A DNA stretch of 59,488 nt, from positions 1 through 59,488 of the IMG/VR virus record IMGVR_UViG_3300035107_000641. One strand, written 5' to 3'. This document shows positions 55,782 through 59,488 of this stretch, piece by piece. Both the position numbers and the translations under genes were made by a program. The stretch is from a virus. Taxonomy: Duplodnaviria; Caudoviricetes. Every line of letters begins with the position of its first letter. The first letter of the stretch is position 1. The notes under the pieces are model-generated. The model saw only the letters and a list, made by a program, of their open reading frames with translations, made no database searches and was not told the origin of the DNA.

Positions 55782-57170
55782 TCAGACGATGGCGTCAGGC
55801 TCCCCGAAGACATCGATCAGCGCCGTCAGGGAGTTGAACCCGTAGGCATCGAGCTTGAAGGTCTCGACGCCATCGAGGTTGACGATGGCCGCCTTGATCG
55901 GCACGCGCTTGTTGTCGAAGTCCGAGCTGCCTTCGAGCTCGGCGAGCGTTGGCACGATCACGCGCACGCTCCCGTTCACGAAGTGCTTGTTGTCGACGCC
56001 CTGCTGGAGGCGCCGGCGCGGGATGTCCGCCACGAGCTCGAACCCGCTCTGGTCGTATGGGATCTTTCGCTGCGTCTCGGCGTAGCTGGTCGCCAGCGTT
56101 GCCCAGTCCTCGAGCGTGCGTTTCAGCGCCCAGAGCATCCCCACGAGGTTGTCCGGGCGAAGGTCGGCTCCGAGCGCCTTGACGCGCGTCGTGGTCGACC
56201 AACTCAAGAGCCTGTTGTAGAAGCCGACGCCCTTGGCGAGCAGGTTCGCCGCCTGCGTCGGCGTGGGCTTTGTCTGCGTGAAGCCAATCAACGGCACGCT
56301 CGCCCACCCCACGCTCTTTTGATCAGCGTCAGCCGTGAGGCGCTCGCACATCAGGGCGAACGCAAACTGCTCGGCGGTCGTCGCATGATACCAGCCAAAG
56401 CCACCGAAGATGCCAAGTTCCTGCATCCTGTCGGTGAGATCGTCGGAGGCGTCGAGCAAGGTCACGTCGCTGAGTTGCTGGCAGTAGAGGCGATCGTTGT
56501 TCTGTGCCCAGAGCGAGGCGAGCTCCACGTCGCGCGCGTCAGGGCTCGTGTCGACGAGCGAGAAGCCAAACCATGCCTCGTTCTCGCTCAGGACCTCGTC
56601 GAGCTCATCCGAGATGGAGAGCGCGGCGGTGGTCGTGGTGGGCGCGCCGAGGTTGCTGTTTGGAGAAGTCACGGTGACCGTGTAGTCGTCTCCTTTGAGC
56701 CCGGTGATGGTGAGGATGTCGGTGCCCGAGTCAAACGCCGCGGTGAAGTCATCGCTGCCGTTGACCTCTCCCTGGAGCCCTGCGCCAATCGCGTCGGTGG
56801 TGCTGCTCGAAGCAGTGAAGGTGTAAGGTGTTCCGTTCAAGGTCACGACCCAGGCGCCGTCATCAGAGCCGGTGAGCTGGATGGTGACGACCTTGGCGAC
56901 CGAGTACGCGACGCGCCCGACGTACACGCGCGTGGGCTTGTTCTTCTGGTTGAACGCGTTGGTGACGGCGCGATACTGCTCGGCGCTGATCTCTCCTGCA
57001 TCGTAGTCGACCTTGGCGCTCTTGGCGCTGGTGTAGACCCGGACGCGCTCGGCCATGGAGCAAGGACCGGCGGCGAGGCCGTAGCTAAACGCCTGGCGCT
57101 CGGAGGCACCTGCGACCGCGCTGAAGGATCCCTGGAGGACTTCATCTCCCCAACTGTATTCGAGGCTCAT
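55782..57170 (-). CDS. Tail sheath protein (DUF3383-like)
   Basis: RVRVYTS, F.Q..KPTRVYVGR, WFG, KIPYDQSG motifs. Confidence 0.85.
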   Translation of the reverse strand: MSLEYSWGDEVLQGSFSAVAGASERQAFSYGLAAGPCSMAERVRVYTSAKSAKVDYDAGEISAEQYRAVTNAFNQKNKPTRVYVGRVAYSVAKVVTIQLTGSDDGAWVVTLNGTPYTFTASSSTTDAIGAGLQGEVNGSDDFTAAFDSGTDILTITGLKGDDYTVTVTSPNSNLGAPTTTTAALSISDELDEVLSENEAWFGFSLVDTSPDARDVELASLWAQNNDRLYCQQLSDVTLLDASDDLTDRMQELGIFGGFGWYHATTAEQFAFALMCERLTADADQKSVGWASVPLIGFTQTKPTPTQAANLLAKGVGFYNRLLSWSTTTRVKALGADLRPDNLVGMLWALKRTLEDWATLATSYAETQRKIPYDQSGFELVADIPRRRLQQGVDNKHFVNGSVRVIVPTLAELEGSSDFDNKRVPIKAAIVNLDGVETFKLDAYGFNSLTALIDVFGEPDAIV

Positions 57171-57180
57171 GGCACTCTCC

Positions 57181-57744
57181 TCACGTAAATGTCTGTTGAA
57201 CGGTCGAGAGGGTCACGCCCTCCCCATCTATCTCGGGCTCCTCGAGCGTGAGCGCGCTCTCCCTCACCCACGCGTCCGTGACCCACCTGGTCACCTCGAG
57301 TACTTCAAATCGCAGGCCCGCCCTCACGCGATCACGCACCCCCTTTTGCAAGGGCAGCGGCAAGCGCTGGGGCGGCTCGACCTCGGTCCAGCCGATCCTT
57401 TTTTTCAGGCACGCCGAGCGCACGCTCGAGCGCGCGCGAGAGAGCCGAAACGTCGCGGCCGCCTGGTAGGCGCCATCTCCTCGAAACTCCACGTACCCGG
57501 TCACCGTGCTCGTCTGCTCGAGGACCTCTTCCACCTCGTCCGTGTCCGCGTTGACCTGCACGTACTGGTCAGGCTCCATGCTGACGCCCTCGGGCGGGTC
57601 GAAGTAGACGACAGCGTACGTGCTCGCGCGCTCGGGGTCGTGCTGCTCGGCCCAGTCCAACTCCACCCCTGAAGGGATGGCGAGCAAGACGAGTTCGTAG
57701 AGCGCGACCTCGAGCGGGCTCGGTGTGAAGCCTCGGGATCCCAT
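57181..57744 (-). CDS. Neck/tail terminator protein
   Basis: Position before sheath gene; WAEQ...R...YA pattern. Confidence 0.65.
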   Translation of the reverse strand: MGSRGFTPSPLEVALYELVLLAIPSGVELDWAEQHDPERASTYAVVYFDPPEGVSMEPDQYVQVNADTDEVEEVLEQTSTVTGYVEFRGDGAYQAAATFRLSRARSSVRSACLKKRIGWTEVEPPQRLPLPLQKGVRDRVRAGLRFEVLEVTRWVTDAWVRESALTLEEPEIDGEGVTLSTVQQTFT

Positions 57745-58106
57745 CAAGGCACCTCCTCGTCCCCTTCACCCACCTCGGCACGCGCGAGGATGATCTTGGT
57801 GTGGGGGAGGGGGGAAGAAGGGAGATAAGGCCCAAGGCCGTGCACCTCGTACCAGACGCCGTCGACCTCGACCTCGTCCCCCCGCCTGCCAGGCCCGTAG
57901 CCATAGAGCGTGAAGTCCTGATCGAGGTAGAACTTGAGCTCGGCGCGATCACGCAGCGAGCCCGCGAGGTTTTCGAGCTCGGAGGGCTTGAGCGGCTGGG
58001 GCGAGCCAAAGACGTCGAACTCCGTGGCGGTCCAGGTGCGCTGGTAGTTCGCGTCCTTTGCCCCCTCGGTCCAACGCCGCGCTGTGTAGAACTCGCCTCC
58101 GATCAC
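57744..58106 (-). CDS. Head-closure protein
   Basis: SPQPL...EL..L..G.R, D.V..DG..YEV. Confidence 0.7.
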   Translation of the reverse strand: MIGGEFYTARRWTEGAKDANYQRTWTATEFDVFGSPQPLKPSELENLAGSLRDRAELKFYLDQDFTLYGYGPGRRGDEVEVDGVWYEVHGLGPYLPSSPLPHTKIILARAEVGEGDEEVP

Positions 58107-58113
58107 TGCTCTC

Positions 58114-58551
58114 TCACTCCATCCAGGACGTGATGGCCTCGACCATCGCGCCCGTGTCCTCGAGGGGATCGTCCTTCCCCTTCTCCTTGACGGTGTCCGG
58201 GTCGTTGGGCTTGGCTCGGTAGGTCTTTATCGCCTTCTTGAGCTTGCCCGCGGTGACCTCTCCCATCGTCTCCTGCGCTTTCCTGTCGATCCCTTCCTTG
58301 GTCAGCCCGACCTCGAGCACGCGCCGCAAGCCCCGCTTGATGCCTCGCTTCTTGTGGCGCCGGACAAAGCGTCGAACAGCGTCGCGCTCTGGGACTCCGA
58401 GGCCGTACTCGTTGCGGATCAGGCGCTCGGCGAGCTCGGGGTTGTCCTTGATGCCGACTCGGATACGGGGCTTGATGGACTCGAGCAGCTTCTTGTGGAA
58501 CGCCTCGAAGCCATCCTTTCCCTTGACCAGCTTGCCGACGCCGTCGCTCAT
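58114..58551 (-). CDS. Neck/tail completion protein
   Basis: NEYG..VPER, PN.P.T..KG...PL.DTG.M. Confidence 0.75.
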   Translation of the reverse strand: MSDGVGKLVKGKDGFEAFHKKLLESIKPRIRVGIKDNPELAERLIRNEYGLGVPERDAVRRFVRRHKKRGIKRGLRRVLEVGLTKEGIDRKAQETMGEVTAGKLKKAIKTYRAKPNDPDTVKEKGKDDPLEDTGAMVEAITSWME

Positions 58552-58853
58552 CGCGCCTCAGGCTCCTCGAGCGTCTCGATGTACGTGGTCAGGCGCGCCG
58601 TGCGCTCGCCCTTGTTCCCGGTCGCGTCGAGCCCGAGTTCCTCGAGCTTTGCCGCGAGCTCCTCGCTCTTTGGCTCGGCCTCGAGGAAGAACTGGAGCGA
58701 CTCCTTGCGGGTCGCCTCCCTCGCCTGCCTGCGCGCGAACAAGCTGCCCCTGGCGATCTCGGGGCACATGAACGCCTCGCCAGGCTGGATCATCTCGTTG
58801 GCCCACGGGATCGCGACGAGCGCGACGAGCAGGGTAAAGCCTTGCTTGCTCAT
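58548..58853 (-). CDS. Small protein with SAP-like motif
   Basis: ELAAKLEELGLDATGNKGERTARL. Confidence 0.6.
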   Translation of the reverse strand: MSKQGFTLLVALVAIPWANEMIQPGEAFMCPEIARGSLFARRQAREATRKESLQFFLEAEPKSEELAAKLEELGLDATGNKGERTARLTTYIETLEEPEAR

Positions 58854-59260
58854 GATGGTTCTTCCGCAAGTTCGAGCGCGAGCGCGAGGCGCTCGGGCTT
58901 GGTTCGGGGGATGCTCACCTCTTCCTCGTGCTTCTCGAGCCAGGCCGCGAGCTCCTTCGAGGTCATGGCCTTGAGCTTCGCGATCTCATCTTCGAGCGCC
59001 GCGCCCTCGCCTGGCTCATCAGGGAGCGAGGGCACTTCGATGGATCCGAGCGCGAGCGCTTCCTTTCGGATCTCGGCTTCGATGACATCTTCAAAGAGGT
59101 GAGGGGCGCGTTGTCGGGCCTCTTCTTCGGAGATCTCCTTGACCTTCCCGGTCGCCACGAGCGAGAGCGCAGCGTACGAAGGGTACTTCGTGACGTAGTT
59201 CTTGCTTCGCTTCTTGCCGTCGAGGACGACCCCGTGCCGAATAGCCATGATCCAACGCAT
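58850..59260 (-). CDS. Hypothetical protein with C-terminal HeH/Rho-N-like motif
   Basis: LKAMTSKELAAWL...I....KPE.L; AAGGAG SD. Confidence 0.6.
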   Translation of the reverse strand: MRWIMAIRHGVVLDGKKRSKNYVTKYPSYAALSLVATGKVKEISEEEARQRAPHLFEDVIEAEIRKEALALGSIEVPSLPDEPGEGAALEDEIAKLKAMTSKELAAWLEKHEEEVSIPRTKPERLALALELAEEPS

Positions 59261-59286
59261 CTTCTTCTCCTTGTCCTGCCAGGGCT

Positions 59287-59410
59287 TTACGTGATCAGCG
59301 GCCCGGTGATCTGCTTCTTCTGAAGCTCGAGGTACTTCGCGCCGTACGAGGTCGACCTGAGCGAGTCCTCGCGAGCAGACGAGCTGCCCGACCCTGCGCC
59401 ATAGGACTCG
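59287..59410 (-). CDS. Head-tail adaptor, DUF4054-like (3' part)
   Basis: In-frame continuation ending ...STSYGAKYLELQKKQITGPLIT with TAA at 59287-59289. Confidence 0.8.
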
Positions 59411-59488
59411 CTCAGGTCCCCCGTCTTTTTCCCGGTGAGCGGACCCACCGGGATGCTACCGCCTGCGCGCGCCTTCTTCCTGCGCTCC
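59411..59488. repeat. Terminal direct repeat, right copy (circular overlap)
   Basis: Identical to 1-78; an ORF reads through the join. Confidence 0.97.

Larger units (their letters stand above)
1..59488. mobile_element. Complete temperate contractile-tailed phage genome
   Basis: Circular; terminase, portal, capsid, sheath, tube, tape measure, baseplate J, endolysin, integrase and excisionase all present. Confidence 0.95.

Overview
The window is a complete, circular temperate phage genome of about 59,410 bp; bases 1-78 are repeated exactly at 59411-59488, and a head-tail adaptor gene reads through the join. It is GC-rich and of the contractile-tail (myovirus) type. A long minus-strand unit runs from an XRE regulator through replication (Rep with iterons, a degenerate DnaC-like protein, SSB), terminases, head, neck, tail, baseplate and lysis genes. 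A divergent plus-strand early unit carries a RecT-like protein, a UvrD-type helicase, CsrA, a methyltransferase, Xis and a tyrosine integrase, followed by a candidate attP. The SSB and Cys-rich lipoproteins suggest a Myxococcota/deltaproteobacterial host (inference). Most notable observations: (1) a membrane protein in the lysis cassette fused to an intact response-regulator receiver domain, plus two stand-alone HisKA/DHp-like proteins; (2) an AT-rich three-gene island of Ser/Thr kinase, TIM-barrel-like protein and wHTH/PD-(D/E)XK nuclease; (3) two CsrA paralogs, one intact and one lacking RNA-binding residues, with CsrA-type GGA hairpins in the csrA and int leaders; (4) a portal fused to a 2H phosphodiesterase (Acb1-like) plus an Acb2/Tad1-like small protein; (5) two stacked paralogous membrane-RHH-unknown cassettes separated by a duplicated 3' end of the baseplate hub gene. 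All product calls come from motif recognition by eye; no database search was run.
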